Assembly (NCBI GenBank): GCA_023334545.1
Contig: JAADVB010000086.1
Location: forward strand, 2,643-66,642
Direction of reading: 5' to 3'
DNA length: 64,000 nt
From: Salisapilia sapeloensis CBS 127946
Lineage: Eukaryota; Protista; Oomycota
Positions within the stretch are counted from its first letter, which is position 1; the number at the start of each line of letters is the position of its first letter. Under the pieces are notes generated by a model. The model made no database searches, was not told the DNA's origin, and worked only from the letters and a program-made list of their open reading frames with translations. Position numbers and translations under genes: made by a program. Positions 11,273 through 23,091 of the stretch are shown in pieces.

Positions 11273-12808
11273 ATGGCTCGGAAAACGTTCGTCTCGTCCA
11301 AGAAGAACGCGCCGAGCCGAGCCGCCGTCTCGAGCAAAGAAGCGGCGCTGCACCAGCGGTCCAACACGATGGGCGCAGCAGCCGACGACGACGCGTCCTC
11401 CGTCTCTCAGGACGAAGAGGAGGCGCCGGGGTCGCCCATGTCCTCCAGCGATACCTCATCCGACGAAGAGGTCGAGCCAGAAACCGTGCCGTCCGTCGGC
11501 AAAGGCAAGCAGCTTCGGATGCCGCAGCTCCGGGGCAAAGAGTCTCGCGTCACGATGGACCCTGCAGGCGACAGCAGTGACTCGGACAGTCTCCTGAACG
11601 TTGCTAGTGACGAGGAAGAGGAGGAAGAGGAGCCCGTCAAGGAAGAAGTGTCTTTATACCCGATCAAAGCGTCTCGAGTCCGGAAGCGACATCGACCCGA
11701 GAGTAAGCAGGACGACCACGTCGCGACGTTCGTTCGAGACCGACTGCTGACGGTGCGAGACGGGAGTGGGAAGCCTCGCGTGCTAGACCCAGCGGCGCGA
11801 GAGGAGTTTGACAAGCAGCTGCAGAGAGGCGAGGTGGCGCGTGTACGGTGGAAGGAGGTCGAGAGCGAGCGGACGGAGCCGAGTACGTCGGAGAAGCCAG
11901 CTCCGCCTGCGCCACCGCTACAGGAGGAGCCGAAGGATTCGAATGGACGAGCCAAGCCTCGCAAGCAGTCGGAGAGAGAGGAGAAGCAAGAGGTGAATGG
12001 ACAGATTGCAGACGTTTGTGTCAAGTGTAAGCGGAAGGTGTCCGAGGTAGAGGAAGAGGCAGTGAAAAAGGTGAAAGTGGAGACGGTAGATGCAGAGACG
12101 AATACACAAGAGGTGCGTCTAGGTACGTTTACATTGCAAGCGCCTCGAGACGCCAAGGTAGAGACACTAGTAGCAGAGAGCGAGCAGCTCATGTCCAAGG
12201 CGAGACACTTGAAGCACGAGGGCAACCGCAAAGGCACGAGCGACAGATCGGCGCGGCTGGATCAGGCCAAGTGCTACCTACACAGCAGCGCGACGTTCCT
12301 CCAGTACGCGCTCAAGCTGCACGACCTCAAGCTTACGTATCGCGCCAAGGGCGATACGCGGCAGTCGGCCAAGTACTCGGAAATGTGCATCGGGACTCTG
12401 CCGCAGACGGCTGTCTTGGTCGAGAGCACGATCCACGGGCTCAAGGGCGTCGGGGGCGGTCGCCTGCTCGCGCTCGCGTACAAACTAGCAGCGATCATCC
12501 GTCTGACGCTCTTCCGACTGCAGCACGTGAAGCTCTACAGGCACCATGCCGACCTGTTCACACCAGGTCGGTCTCCTGATACGAGGCAGCACGGGACGAC
12601 GCCTCCGATCACGAGTAACGGCGACAGCAACGACGCTGCGAAGCGTTCTCAGCTGCTGAAAGGCGTGGAGCATCCGTTGCGAGGGTTTGACATGTGGCAG
12701 CGGTATGAAGCATGCGAGACGGAGGTTCTTCCGAGGATAACGAATCCTGCGGTGTTTGACTATGGCGTCTTGTTCGACGACTTGGCGATGGAATTTGATG
12801 CGGCATAG
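11273..12808 (+). CDS. Low-complexity acidic protein with a C-terminal AF4/FMR2 (AFF) C-terminal-homology-like domain
   Basis: 511-aa ORF. The C-terminus KARHLKHEGN..AKCYLHSSATFLQYA..TLPQTAVLVESTI..RLLALAYKLAAIIRLTLFRLQ resembles the remembered AFF CHD pattern (AKKLKH..AVYYLDAVVSFIECG..YSETVDLI..KRL.VLCLRC.SLLYLRLFKL). Confidence 0.6.
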   Translation: MARKTFVSSKKNAPSRAAVSSKEAALHQRSNTMGAAADDDASSVSQDEEEAPGSPMSSSDTSSDEEVEPETVPSVGKGKQLRMPQLRGKESRVTMDPAGDSSDSDSLLNVASDEEEEEEEPVKEEVSLYPIKASRVRKRHRPESKQDDHVATFVRDRLLTVRDGSGKPRVLDPAAREEFDKQLQRGEVARVRWKEVESERTEPSTSEKPAPPAPPLQEEPKDSNGRAKPRKQSEREEKQEVNGQIADVCVKCKRKVSEVEEEAVKKVKVETVDAETNTQEVRLGTFTLQAPRDAKVETLVAESEQLMSKARHLKHEGNRKGTSDRSARLDQAKCYLHSSATFLQYALKLHDLKLTYRAKGDTRQSAKYSEMCIGTLPQTAVLVESTIHGLKGVGGGRLLALAYKLAAIIRLTLFRLQHVKLYRHHADLFTPGRSPDTRQHGTTPPITSNGDSNDAAKRSQLLKGVEHPLRGFDMWQRYEACETEVLPRITNPAVFDYGVLFDDLAMEFDAA

Positions 12809-12879
12809 TAGTGGACAGTATTTCTTTCTTTTAGTTTCCAACGACCACGGACGAGATAAGCAAACAGACATGCAATTGG

Positions 12880-13674
12880 TCAATTTTCTTTCGTCCACTC
12901 TTTCTTGGACACCACGACCTCATCCTGTTGGAGCTCGTAGATGAAAAGGACGACTTTCGAGCCTTGGACAGCCATCAGGATGAAGCTCGGGGTCGTTGTG
13001 GCGGAGGTGCTGCTGTACGCACCAGTGATGGATCCTGGGTTGATGAACCATTTGTCTCCTTCCGTCCAGACGTCACATCTGTAGGTATAGGATAGTACTA
13101 GTGAATTGGATACGAGTAGAGGATAAAAGTACTTGTGCGTATGTCCCGTGATGAGGATGTCGACGTTCATCTTGCGCTGGAGAGCCGAGAGGCTCAGGTG
13201 GTCTCCCCACGGCATGACCTGGTGGCCATGGCAGAGACCGATGCGGAACTGGCCGATCGTCACGACCTTGCGCTCTGGAAATGACGTCTCCTACGTGGCG
13301 TGAGGGACTAGAACGACGTTTTGACCGAAAGATGTACCTGGTCCGCGTCACCGAGGACAACGTGGACGTTGGGTGCGAGCGACCGAAAGTCGTCGTACTG
13401 CTCTTTGGTGACCATGTTCCCTGTGCAGAGTACGTGTTGCATTTTATTCGGCACCTAGATGCCATATATAAGAAGGATGGAGGTATCTGATTCGCCATGA
13501 TCGCAACGTACGAGCATTTTACGGAACTTTGGCGGGATCTCTGCAGCTCGTTGTGGAATGTGGCTGTCGCCCACGATCAGAACTAGCTATGGAGCACATA
13601 AGATCGATGCATATAACATGTACAGACAAGATAGAGGCAAAAGAGGTCGGATATACCTCTCCAAACCCAGACAT
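12880..13674 (-). CDS. VPS29: Retromer subunit VPS29, multi-exon
   Basis: Spliced MSGFGE|LVLIVGDSHIPQRAAEIPPKFRKML|VPNKMQHVLCTGN...GLCHGHQVMPWGD...VDILITGHTH...INPGSITGAYS...PSFILM. Confidence 0.95.
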
Positions 13675-13804
13675 GCTGCTTCTTGTCAAAATATGTCGTT
13701 TAGAACATACTTTTATCCAATCAAAAAGCGTTAAAAACATTATGATCCAATCAGAATGCACCTGTCACTCCAGTAGCAGACACTTTCGAAAACACCCGCC
13801 AACT

Positions 13805-15289
13805 ATGGACATTGTGACCACTTCCAACTTCCATGCAACGCTATTGCCAGGTACTTTATGCTCTGTACATGCTGCAATTGCATAGGCAAGAGACATCTGA
13901 TCCTAATGACGGTAATAATGCAGGTGAGTTGATTGTCGTCTTCATCCCAGCCGAGCATCTACGAGCATGCTGCTGGCCATTGCTCAAGTAATCCTGCCTG
14001 CGCTTCAGTTAACACCTTTTTGTCCATCAACTAACACGGCATTGACCCATGGCGTAGCTTGCTGCTCTACGGAGGCTGCGGCTTTGAAGACAGCGTGTGT
14101 GGCCAAGGCCATGAGGTGCACATCTGCCGATCTGTCCAGGCCGAGCTCTTCTCCATCGCAGTGGATGACGACGGTGCGACACTGTACATGGACCCGAGTG
14201 GCATGGACATGTTCAAGCAAGCCGTGCGTGTTTTATTGTTGTAGTTATATTAGTTGGGATCGAGCTAAAGGGTAGAATGTAGGGTCTAGCAGACCTCGTG
14301 ACGACTGCTCCACATACTTGGCGAGCCATACAGGTACCTTGCATTCTTATAGGACAGTAGAGAAAGAAGTTCTTAGCATATCTATAGATCCACCTTGGTC
14401 CGATGGTAGAGCAGTTCCCAGGTGTCATCAGGTACGTAGCAAGCTTGTGCTATCCTCTCGCAGCATCTGACGATTATCTACTAGCTTTTTGTCCAAGTTA
14501 CTAGCAGAGGACGACATCAGTATCCTTAATATGAGCACATACGACACAGACATCATATACGTCCAAGTACATTCCTCTTATAACCAACTCTAGTACGATG
14601 CTAAGCACTCCTCTAGGAGCCAGACCTCGATGCAGCCGTCTCCTGCCTCCAGTCCAAACTCTCACGAGGTGTCCACGGCCTCAAAGAGGTACATCCTCTC
14701 TCCTTCCTCCCTCGTACGCATCTCACGTCTTTCCTAGGCAAAAGATGCCGAAAGAGAACGCTCTAGCATGGAAGACGCAGAGGAAGCGAGCGCAGACGAA
14801 GGTCAGGATGCTTCCTGTCCGTCGTCTATCGCGTCCTCCGACCAGTTCCTTAAAGTCTATCCGGAGGAACTCGTCCTCCTCCGACTGCGTAAAGACAGTA
14901 TCAAGGAGAGTGCCTTCGGTCTGACGCAGCTCATGCTCTTATCTAGTGACCAAGCTAAGAGAGACAGCGTCTCCTTCTGGTGCTACTGCGAGACGTCGGA
15001 GGAAATCAGTCTCATCATGAACGCGTCGTACGTCCAGAGCTTCACAGACGCAAGTGTCGTCGTGGCTCCTGATCGCTGGCGCGCCATCAAACTCTGCGGC
15101 CGGACGTACGGATTCGAAGAGACTGGCGTCGTGGCGGCCATGTCTGGCTTCACGACAGACGTCCAGGTGCTCAACGTCTCTTCCTTCGGGTCAAACATGG
15201 CGCTTGTACTCGACGAGACGCTCGACGAGAGTCTCCCTCGTCTCTGTTCCTCTCTCGACATCTCTCGCGTCGACAGGATAGAATCGTAA
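13805..15289 (+). CDS. CASTOR/GATSL-like tandem ACT-domain protein, multi-exon
   Basis: Exons encode LRACCWPLL.LLLYG, TWRAIQ, LAEDDISILNMSTYDTDIIYV, FWCYCETSEEISLIM and WRAIKLCGRTYGFEETGVVAAMS..VSSFGSNMALV, matching the ACT repeats of CASTOR1. Exact junctions are approximate. Confidence 0.75.
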
Positions 15290-15341
15290 CGTTGAAAGCA
15301 AAGACCAAAGCATCCGTTCGTTCGTTTCTTAGCACTGCAAT

Positions 15342-17222
15342 CTACTCGATACCATCCTGCTTCCGCTGTTCCGCCACGAGCATCGTCCGTCGCTCTCGAA
15401 GCATCCCGAGCTCCGCGCGAATATCATTCCGCTTCGTATTCAACTTGCGAAGCTCTTCGCCCTCCGGTTTCTGCGCTAGCTTTTTCGTCAGCTCCGACTG
15501 CTCGTCCTTGAGCTGCTTGATCTTGTCGTCCACTTCGACCATGGCCGTCTCGAGCTTCTTCTTGCTCTGGAACTTCATGTCCGCCTTCCGCTCCACCACT
15601 TGGTTAAATAGCGCCTTGCTCTCTTCTTCCACGGCCACGCGATGCTCTCGCACGGCCTCCAGCTTGGCATGCAGCTGCCGCACCTTGTCCATCTCGGCCT
15701 TGAGCTCCTTCTCCACTGGATCCAGACTCGTCTCATCTGCCTTGCTCTTCTGCTGCTCCAGCTTCTGCTTGGCTTCTTCCACGGACGCAGCGAGCGCCTT
15801 GTTGTCGCGCTTGTACCGCATCCGCGCCGTCGCGAGCGCCTTGGCTTTCTCCTCCAGACCAGTGTTCTCGGCCTGCGTCTCGGCGTTCAGAGCTCGCTGC
15901 TCTTCGTTCGCCTGGAGGTCCTTGTCCGTCGCTTCCTGACGGAGCTTTTCCACGACCTGTCGCTGCGCACTGACGTTTTCATCTAGACTCGCATTCTCCT
16001 TCTGGATCTTCTGGTACTGCGCAACGAGCGTCGCGAGTTTCTTCTCCTGCGTCTCGAGCTCTCTCGTCTTGTGCTCGTACTTGGTCCGGAGCTCTCGTTC
16101 GACCTGCCACGACTTGTCCGTCGCTTCCTGGATCTGTTCCTCCAAGTCCGCCGTCTTTTTCTCCAGCGCTTCTTTCGGTGCAGATGACACGTCCGATTCG
16201 TTTACGAGCCACTTGACGTCTGTTAGAGCGAGGCTTTGGTAGTCTTTCGTGTTGTCTTTGCCTCCGCCAACAGCGAATTTCACGTTTTTCACGCGAAAGC
16301 CAGACTGTTGCTTGTGTGCTGTCCGATAGAACGGATCGTCATCTTCTTCTAAGAGGTCTGGATCCGTTGCCCACGTAGAGGATCGACGTGAACCAGAGGG
16401 AGAAGTAGATTCATCTCCTTGTCCTTGCTTAAGACGCACCCAGCGTCGGCGTCGGACGGCGTCGTTCGGATGACGAGATGCGTGGCTCAAGTCTTCACGT
16501 AGCTGGATGACCATCTCCTGAAAGTCTGGAGCGTACGTCCACCCATCGTCGTCTGTCGCGGTATAATTCGGATCGATTTCCCAGTCGGAAGCCCACGATT
16601 GGCCTTCGTCTAGCGTCATCTCTGGCATGTCGTCATACCCGACACCCGCCTCGGCGTCTCGGTCACTAAACTTCTTCGGATCTGTCTCTGGATCTAACTC
16701 GTCTTCGATCCGTTCGTTCTCAAAGACTTCGACCACGAGCTCGGATTGTGTCGTGGACGGAGAGGAGCGAGAGACTGGTGTACGCATGGATCCCATGCCT
16801 CCGCTATGTTGGAAATTGCCAAAGCGAGACGTACCGAGCATCGTCGTAGCCATTTTGAACATGCCTCCGCCAAACATACCAGAGCTAGAGGCATTCGGCT
16901 TTTGATAGCCCTCTGGGAGCTTTGGCTCTGCCTCCGTCGGACGCTCCCATTGACGATGACCAGTGGGGACGTGGAGGAAGTAGTCTTTACCGGTGCTACG
17001 GCTCTTGGCGACACGCCAACCGGCAGGTAGATCCTCCGGGGACGAGTCCACGCTCGTGACGGAGCTTGTGAGACTCGGTGTCGACACGTTGGAGCTCCCG
17101 ACGAGACTCAATCCAGAGTCTGCGGTTGCACCAGAGGCAGCTGCAGCTGCTGCGGCTGCAGAGGCGGAGGAGGAGGTGCCCTGGCCGCTCGCACCGGCCT
17201 GGAATCGCAGGCGGGAGATCAT
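15342..17222 (-). CDS. WW domain + DysF (dysferlin/Pex24) domain + long coiled-coil protein
   Basis: LPAGWRVAKSRSTGKDYFLHVPTGHRQWERP (WW). VEVFENER..WASDWEID..DDDGWTYA.DF..VRRRRWVR (DysF). E/K/Q-rich heptads in the C-terminal third. Confidence 0.85.
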   Translation of the reverse strand: MISRLRFQAGASGQGTSSSASAAAAAAAASGATADSGLSLVGSSNVSTPSLTSSVTSVDSSPEDLPAGWRVAKSRSTGKDYFLHVPTGHRQWERPTEAEPKLPEGYQKPNASSSGMFGGGMFKMATTMLGTSRFGNFQHSGGMGSMRTPVSRSSPSTTQSELVVEVFENERIEDELDPETDPKKFSDRDAEAGVGYDDMPEMTLDEGQSWASDWEIDPNYTATDDDGWTYAPDFQEMVIQLREDLSHASRHPNDAVRRRRWVRLKQGQGDESTSPSGSRRSSTWATDPDLLEEDDDPFYRTAHKQQSGFRVKNVKFAVGGGKDNTKDYQSLALTDVKWLVNESDVSSAPKEALEKKTADLEEQIQEATDKSWQVERELRTKYEHKTRELETQEKKLATLVAQYQKIQKENASLDENVSAQRQVVEKLRQEATDKDLQANEEQRALNAETQAENTGLEEKAKALATARMRYKRDNKALAASVEEAKQKLEQQKSKADETSLDPVEKELKAEMDKVRQLHAKLEAVREHRVAVEEESKALFNQVVERKADMKFQSKKKLETAMVEVDDKIKQLKDEQSELTKKLAQKPEGEELRKLNTKRNDIRAELGMLRERRTMLVAEQRKQDGIE

Positions 17223-17325
17223 CGTCCGTCGTACACGCCTCTGACGTTTTTCTTGTATTCGGTCGACAAAACACTTGGAGATTGTATAGGCGTTTGGAAA
17301 GAAAAGAAAAAGAAAATGTATTTGC

Positions 17326-18272
17326 TTAGAGATCGACTTGATAGAGGGAGCTCGTCGACGCTTCCGTTACGAGTAGCATGCTTTCATCCGCACTGTAGAA
17401 GACTCTTAGATGTGTATTTAAAAGATACAAGTTCTACTTGTACCTGAGGCAGATGCCGGTGATTTCAGTGCCTTGGATGGAAATCTCGCGATGGAGCACT
17501 CCATCGGCGGACAGCACGGAGATCTTGCCCTCGGTTACTGCATCGTCTAGAAGAGTGCTTACGATGTTAGCATCCTGTTAAAGAGTTGAAAGTAGAGTGA
17601 TGATAGACCGGCAAAGTTGTAGTGACCAATGTATAGTTCGCCTTGGGATGTGCAAGCGATGCAAGATGGACCCATGCCACCGTTAAAGGTGTAGAAGACG
17701 CTCGTGTGGTGTATGCCCACTGGCCGTTGACTGAGCTTGAGAATGCGGTTGCAAAGCAGCTCAGCTACATACCCAACGTGCGGATTGTTCCGAGACATTG
17801 TTATACCGCATGGATGTGCCAGTCCTTTAGATACGATCGGACGTAGTACTTGACCACCAGCAACACTTGGCGTGATGCAGTATATGCTACCAGCTGGCTG
17901 TGCTAGTGTCGACTCACCGAACGGTCCGCTGTCCGTAAAGAAGAGCGTGCCATCCTGTCCAAAGGTGATGCTATTCGGACCATGAAAAGGCTTATCTTCA
18001 TAGGCCTTCACCATGACCCCAGGCTGATTATTATCATCCACACGCAACACTGCAGCATGAGCAGTATCTACAATATGGATACAACCTTGATCGTCCACCG
18101 TCGCGCCTGCCGCTTCGCCTCCTGTCGTTACAATGCACGCATGTTCATCCTTCGCTTTCCATTCATAGACTTCACCTGTCCCTGTGGAAAGGTAGAATAT
18201 CGACTCAGGCTTTGCAGACGATATAAAAGGACTACAGATCTGGTGTCCTCGACATTCAATGCGGTGCGTCAT
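17326..18272 (-). CDS. SMP-30/gluconolactonase-like six-bladed beta-propeller, 3 exons
   Basis: GPNSITFGQDGTLFFTDSG, LAHPCGITMS, YVAELLCNRIL and GPSCIA motifs. Two short 3' exons read manually end at ..SLYQVDL-TAA. Confidence 0.8.
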
Positions 18273-18347
18273 GTCAATTCGCGGCTTTTCAAGATCGCGA
18301 CGGTTCAAGATCGAATGGCTTCCAATTGACAAGAAGCGTTTATAACG

Positions 18348-19310
18348 ATGGACAAGACGAATAAGGAGCTAGAGGAGCTCGTGGCGAAGGCTGGTGTGGA
18401 GAAGAACGTCCGGAAGGATCCGGAGAAGGTCGTGTGTGATGATGAGTGGACGGAAGAGCGAGAAAAGCTTGCGCAGGAACTCTTAGCCAAGGATAAGAGC
18501 TCCATTCCGACATTTTGGCAGAGTACGATGGCATTATGGTAGCGTTTAGGCCGATTCTATTGACATGGGAGTGTAGACAAGTATGAGAAGGAAGCAGCAA
18601 AGAGCTGGGATCAGTTCTATAAGCGTAATTCGACCAACTTTTACAAGGATCGACATTACCTCCATATCGCTTTTCCTGATCTGGATAAGCAAGAGGACGA
18701 TGATGGACGTACGAAGACGTTGCTAGAAGTTGGTTGTGGAGTTGGGAATGCAGCTCTACCTCTTCTAGAGATCAACCCGTCGCTAAACATTATCGCCATC
18801 GATTTCGCTGACACAGCCATTCGACTACTTCACGAGCAGCCTCTCTTCGATGCCAGTCGCGTCACTGGCGCCGTGTGTGACATCACGAAAGATGATCTGC
18901 CTCCCGCCGTCGATGCAAATGGAGGCGTCGACTTTGCCCTCTTCCTCTTCTGTCTCTCCGGCATCCATCCGGATAAAATGGGCGACGCAGTGAAGAAGAT
19001 AGCTGACGGTCTGCAGCCTGGAGGCAAAATGTTCTTCCGAGACTACGGTAGATACGACCAAGCACAGCTGCGTTTCAAGTCAGGACATAAGCTCCAGGAG
19101 AACTTTTACGTCCGACAGGATAACACTCGAGCGTACTACTTTACGACGGACGAAGTGGAAAAGCTGTTTAATGATGCAGGACTAGAGACAGTTGAATTGG
19201 AGTATATTCGTCGTCAGTACGTGAATCGGAATCAGGATATCGTTCGCTTCCGAGTGTGGGTGCATGCTGTCTTCCGGAAGCCGATGGCGGGAGGCCAAGA
19301 CGCGTCCTAG
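18348..19310 (+). CDS. METTL6: tRNA m3C methyltransferase (METTL2/METTL6 family), 2 exons
   Basis: WDQFYKRNSTNFYKDRHYL, LLEVGCGVGN, FRDYGRYDQAQLRF, YVRQDNTRAYYF, RVWVHAVF. Confidence 0.9.
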
Positions 19311-19439
19311 TTGGGCGTATTCGTACTAGAGTATTTTTTGCAACACGACACTTGGGCACTTTCTTTATTCCCTTCGTGATGCTATTTATATCAGCCAAGG
19401 CGATAGGAAGTGAAGGATAGCGTAGGTTCATACTAAAAA

Positions 19440-22400
19440 ATGGCGAAGGAAGCCATCTTTGACGACTTGGACCTGGTACTTCAAGTCAATCAGCATATCG
19501 AAGCGGTTGTGGTCGAAGAAAAGCTTCAGCATGAGTCCTCCTTTCGGTTCTTGAATCAGTTGGATGCTATGAACGCTCATGAAGCGAGAGTCGAAGCGCT
19601 TTTTGAGCACCAGCGTTGCGACTTTGAGCCACAAGATGGGCCACATATACCTTTCCATCTCCAAGGTGATGAGAGTTTTAATGATGCTGTATTGCTTGCT
19701 ACTAGAAGAGCACTACGCAAGTCGAATGAAATAATGGAGAAAGTCGAGTTCCTGTGGAATGTATCATTAAGCAAGAAAGAGGCACAGCATCGTCAAGCGA
19801 CAGACAAAAAAGTAGAGAAAGCGACGAGCATGATGGAAAAAGAGTATGTTGAGCTCATGCTGCTTGTGTTCAAAGCTCTACGGGATGACTTCGACCTCGA
19901 GATGGCTACATCACAGGTTCAATGCGACTGGGAAGTCGATACACAAAAGCAAGGATTACTATCGTTTGAGCTTTTCTTTGCGTCGATCTTTGAGCTCGTG
20001 GACCTCTGGACATGCGATGTGCTTAAAGACACGTATGTTCGGTTTCTAGATCTCCTGACAAAGCGTATCACTCTTCGTGTCGTCGTCTTCCTGAATGACC
20101 AGAGACTAGAGCTAGCTTTGTCGGATAACTTTGAAGAAGCGACAGTCGTCAAGGCGATTCCTCTAGGCACGATCAAGCAATTCGCTACTGTCGCGAAAGT
20201 AGTCGCACCACGAGGTGTTCACACCATAGGAGAACTTGCGATGGCTGACCCGAAGATGGTGGAAGAAGCGAGGAAAGAGTATATTGGCATACAGCCACTG
20301 TCGCCGAAGAAGATCGGTGAAGAGTTGCAGCATTTGCTTGACATGTTTAAGATGCTGACGAATGAGTACTTGCATATGGACTACGTCATGAAGAATACTT
20401 TACTGATCCCCAGACCGCTTGGTGGTACGAAAGCAGAAGGGGAAGGATATGGCGCTGGGAATGGAGGCATGCATTCAAGAGACGGATTCGAAGAACTGAA
20501 TAGTGGAGACATAGACCGCATTGCATCCTCTTGCATCGGTATGACTGGGTCTGGGACAAACGGACATGAAGCTGAAAGTGGTGGCGGTATGGCATCCACA
20601 GCGGGTGAATCGGGTGCAGGTCAACGTGCAGGTGAGAGTGTTGCTGGTTTGGCATCGACAGCAAGCTTGCAAGGCATGAAGAATCCTGGAAGACCGAATG
20701 GTAACCTAGATTCTGATCCTCGAAGTGGCCATAAACGGGATGCGTCCACTCATCATGCGGTCAACAGAGATGGAAACTTTACAGACGCATCAAATACAAA
20801 TCCTATGAGCAGTAGTATGAGTTACGAGACAAGTGGGGAGGGAGCAGTTGATGAATTTGGGCAATCTATAAAGCATAACACAGAAGACCGGCCTAGTGGT
20901 AGATACTTGCGAAGACTGAGCACCATCCACGACTTAAGCATAGCAGATCCGAGCACGATCAACGGATTCCGCGTTGCTTTTTTGTTGGAGAAGGAGATCA
21001 GTCTTGAGCGAGTGACGGATATAGATGCTATTCGTGCTGAGCTTGTGAAATTTGGCATCGACCCGACAGGAATGAGTGATATAGCTGCAAGAGAAAGATA
21101 TAATAGTCTGTACGAAACTCTTGTCGTTCGGGACGGCGAAAGTGTCAAGCTGTTGGCAAAGAGTTTGCTCGAGCAGATCAAGATCGAGCTCGCAGCGCAT
21201 GGCATCTATGTGGAAGATGCTGAACTCGAACCTGCCTATGGTCGTCTATTTGACACATTGATGAACAAAAGTGGAGAACAGATCGTGGATGACGCTCGGC
21301 AGTGGGTGGACCAAACGCTTGATACGAAGCAATGTTCGGCATACATCAAGGACGATCGTTATGAGCTAAAGGCTGTGGAAGATGTCAAACCGTTTGGATC
21401 AGATGAAGGCGATGAGGAGTTTATGACATTGCTTAATGAGGACATCGAAGATGAAGAAGAAAATAAAGAAGGTAAAGAAGGTAAAGAAGGTAAAGAAGAT
21501 AAAGTAGAAATAGAAAAGTCGGTCCTACCTTCTTATTCGCAATCAACAATCCGAAGGAGGCCTAGTCAAACGATGCTCAAATGCAACGATGAAGCGGATA
21601 AATCCAACTTTGAAACTAGTGACATGAGTAGCGAAAACGCGGCAGATATAGTTTCTGGTCTAGAGCATTTAGCAGCTGAAGACTCAGGAGATAACGCTAC
21701 GGTTTATGAACAACGTGTCGATCTTCTAGATATTGCTGCAGGTCCGGCGAAAGAGCACATACTAGAGGCTGTCTTTGCGGTGGATGAATCAGCCAGTTTC
21801 GGTATTTCTTGTGGCGACGAACACTCGGCGGAAGATGACGATCCAAGGATTCCAGACGATCTCCACAAAGTGGTTGAACAGGATACAGGTAATCTACAGG
21901 AAGATTCTGATGAGCCTGTTGATAACTCCAAAGCACACGATGGACATCCAGATACGGATGAATCGCCTAAAGACGATGTCGACACTGCAGAGATACGACC
22001 ACCAGAACCATTATCGAAGGAACGCATTGTAGCACAAAAGCGCTGGAGGAGAGTGATTGGTGTCACTCGTCTGTCACGATCTATTGTTTCACATGACGAA
22101 AAGCATAGTAGAACAGACTCGATAGATAATGCACAAGACAGAGAAGCAATTGGACTTCGGTTCGGTCTGGAACAGGTGGGAGAAGTAAATGAAGGGGTTA
22201 TCAAAGAGAGATCATTAACGTACGTTGGCTAGCTTATCCTGCTTTTTCCTAAAGCGACCGATGTTTACTGACTGAATGCTCTAGACCTATGCAGCGCGAG
22301 CCTAAGGTTCCGGTGATAGTGATGGGAGGCGTCGCAGGAGCTCCTAACGTTTCATCTACTGGACGATACTTAAATTTACTAGGCATGGGCGAAGTAGTTG

Positions 22401-23047
22401 TGTTACCAGAAGAAGAAGAATTATTTGCATACCTCACGTCGGACAAGGGGTCTTCGGTCGACCTTGTTTGTTTTGACGTAGGGATTAATATCGGCGAAGC
22501 TACGACGATTCTCTTGGACTTACAGGAAGTCAAAGGAAAATGTATCATCTTAGTTGGTGGTAACCCATTGCAAGTGTCGAAAACAGAGGCAGTGGTCGCA
22601 GAGTGTCTCGAGTTAGGTGCACTCTACTTTGCCATCGTGCCAGTCAACTTTACCAGCTTACGTGCGCAGATACTAGCTTTCTTTGAACAATCTCCACACC
22701 CATATATCCTCCGGCATCGCAAAAAGACTCTTTTTAAGGCTGTTGTCCAGGAGGTAGCGTCAAGTTCTAGTGGCATCGCCGACATACTCTCTGTCCCTCG
22801 AGGCTCCATGAGTAGTCCCCAATCGACACTCACAGGCGTCACGCGTCAAATTAAAAGGAAGACCACAATGTTTAACAACACTTTTCCTCCTGTCCCTCGT
22901 CCTGCTCCACGTCAAATGGAATTAAACGTACACCGTGCAACAGGACCGATGACTACTATGCGACCATCTCCGTCTGCCCCTCATTCGCTCAAGTCTCATA
23001 AGAAATCTCCACGCATGCTCGCAGCGATTCGATCAATGATGTCATGA
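19440..23047 (+). CDS. Large uncharacterised protein with a C-terminal atypical response-regulator receiver-like domain; one intron near 22220-22285
   Basis: The 930-aa and 252-aa ORFs can be joined by AC|GTACGT...CTAG|A in frame. The N-terminus has FFASIFELVDLWT..YVRFL. The C-terminus has VDLVCFD / CIILVGG / CLELGALYFAIVPVNFTSLRAQI. Confidence 0.65.
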
Positions 23048-23091
23048 ACACAGAGTCGATCGAAACATGCTTTCTTTATTGCCTGGTCTAT

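Noticed and set aside
21461-21520. AAAGAAGGT tandem repeat (KEG x3)
   Set aside because: A trivial coding microsatellite in a disordered acidic region.
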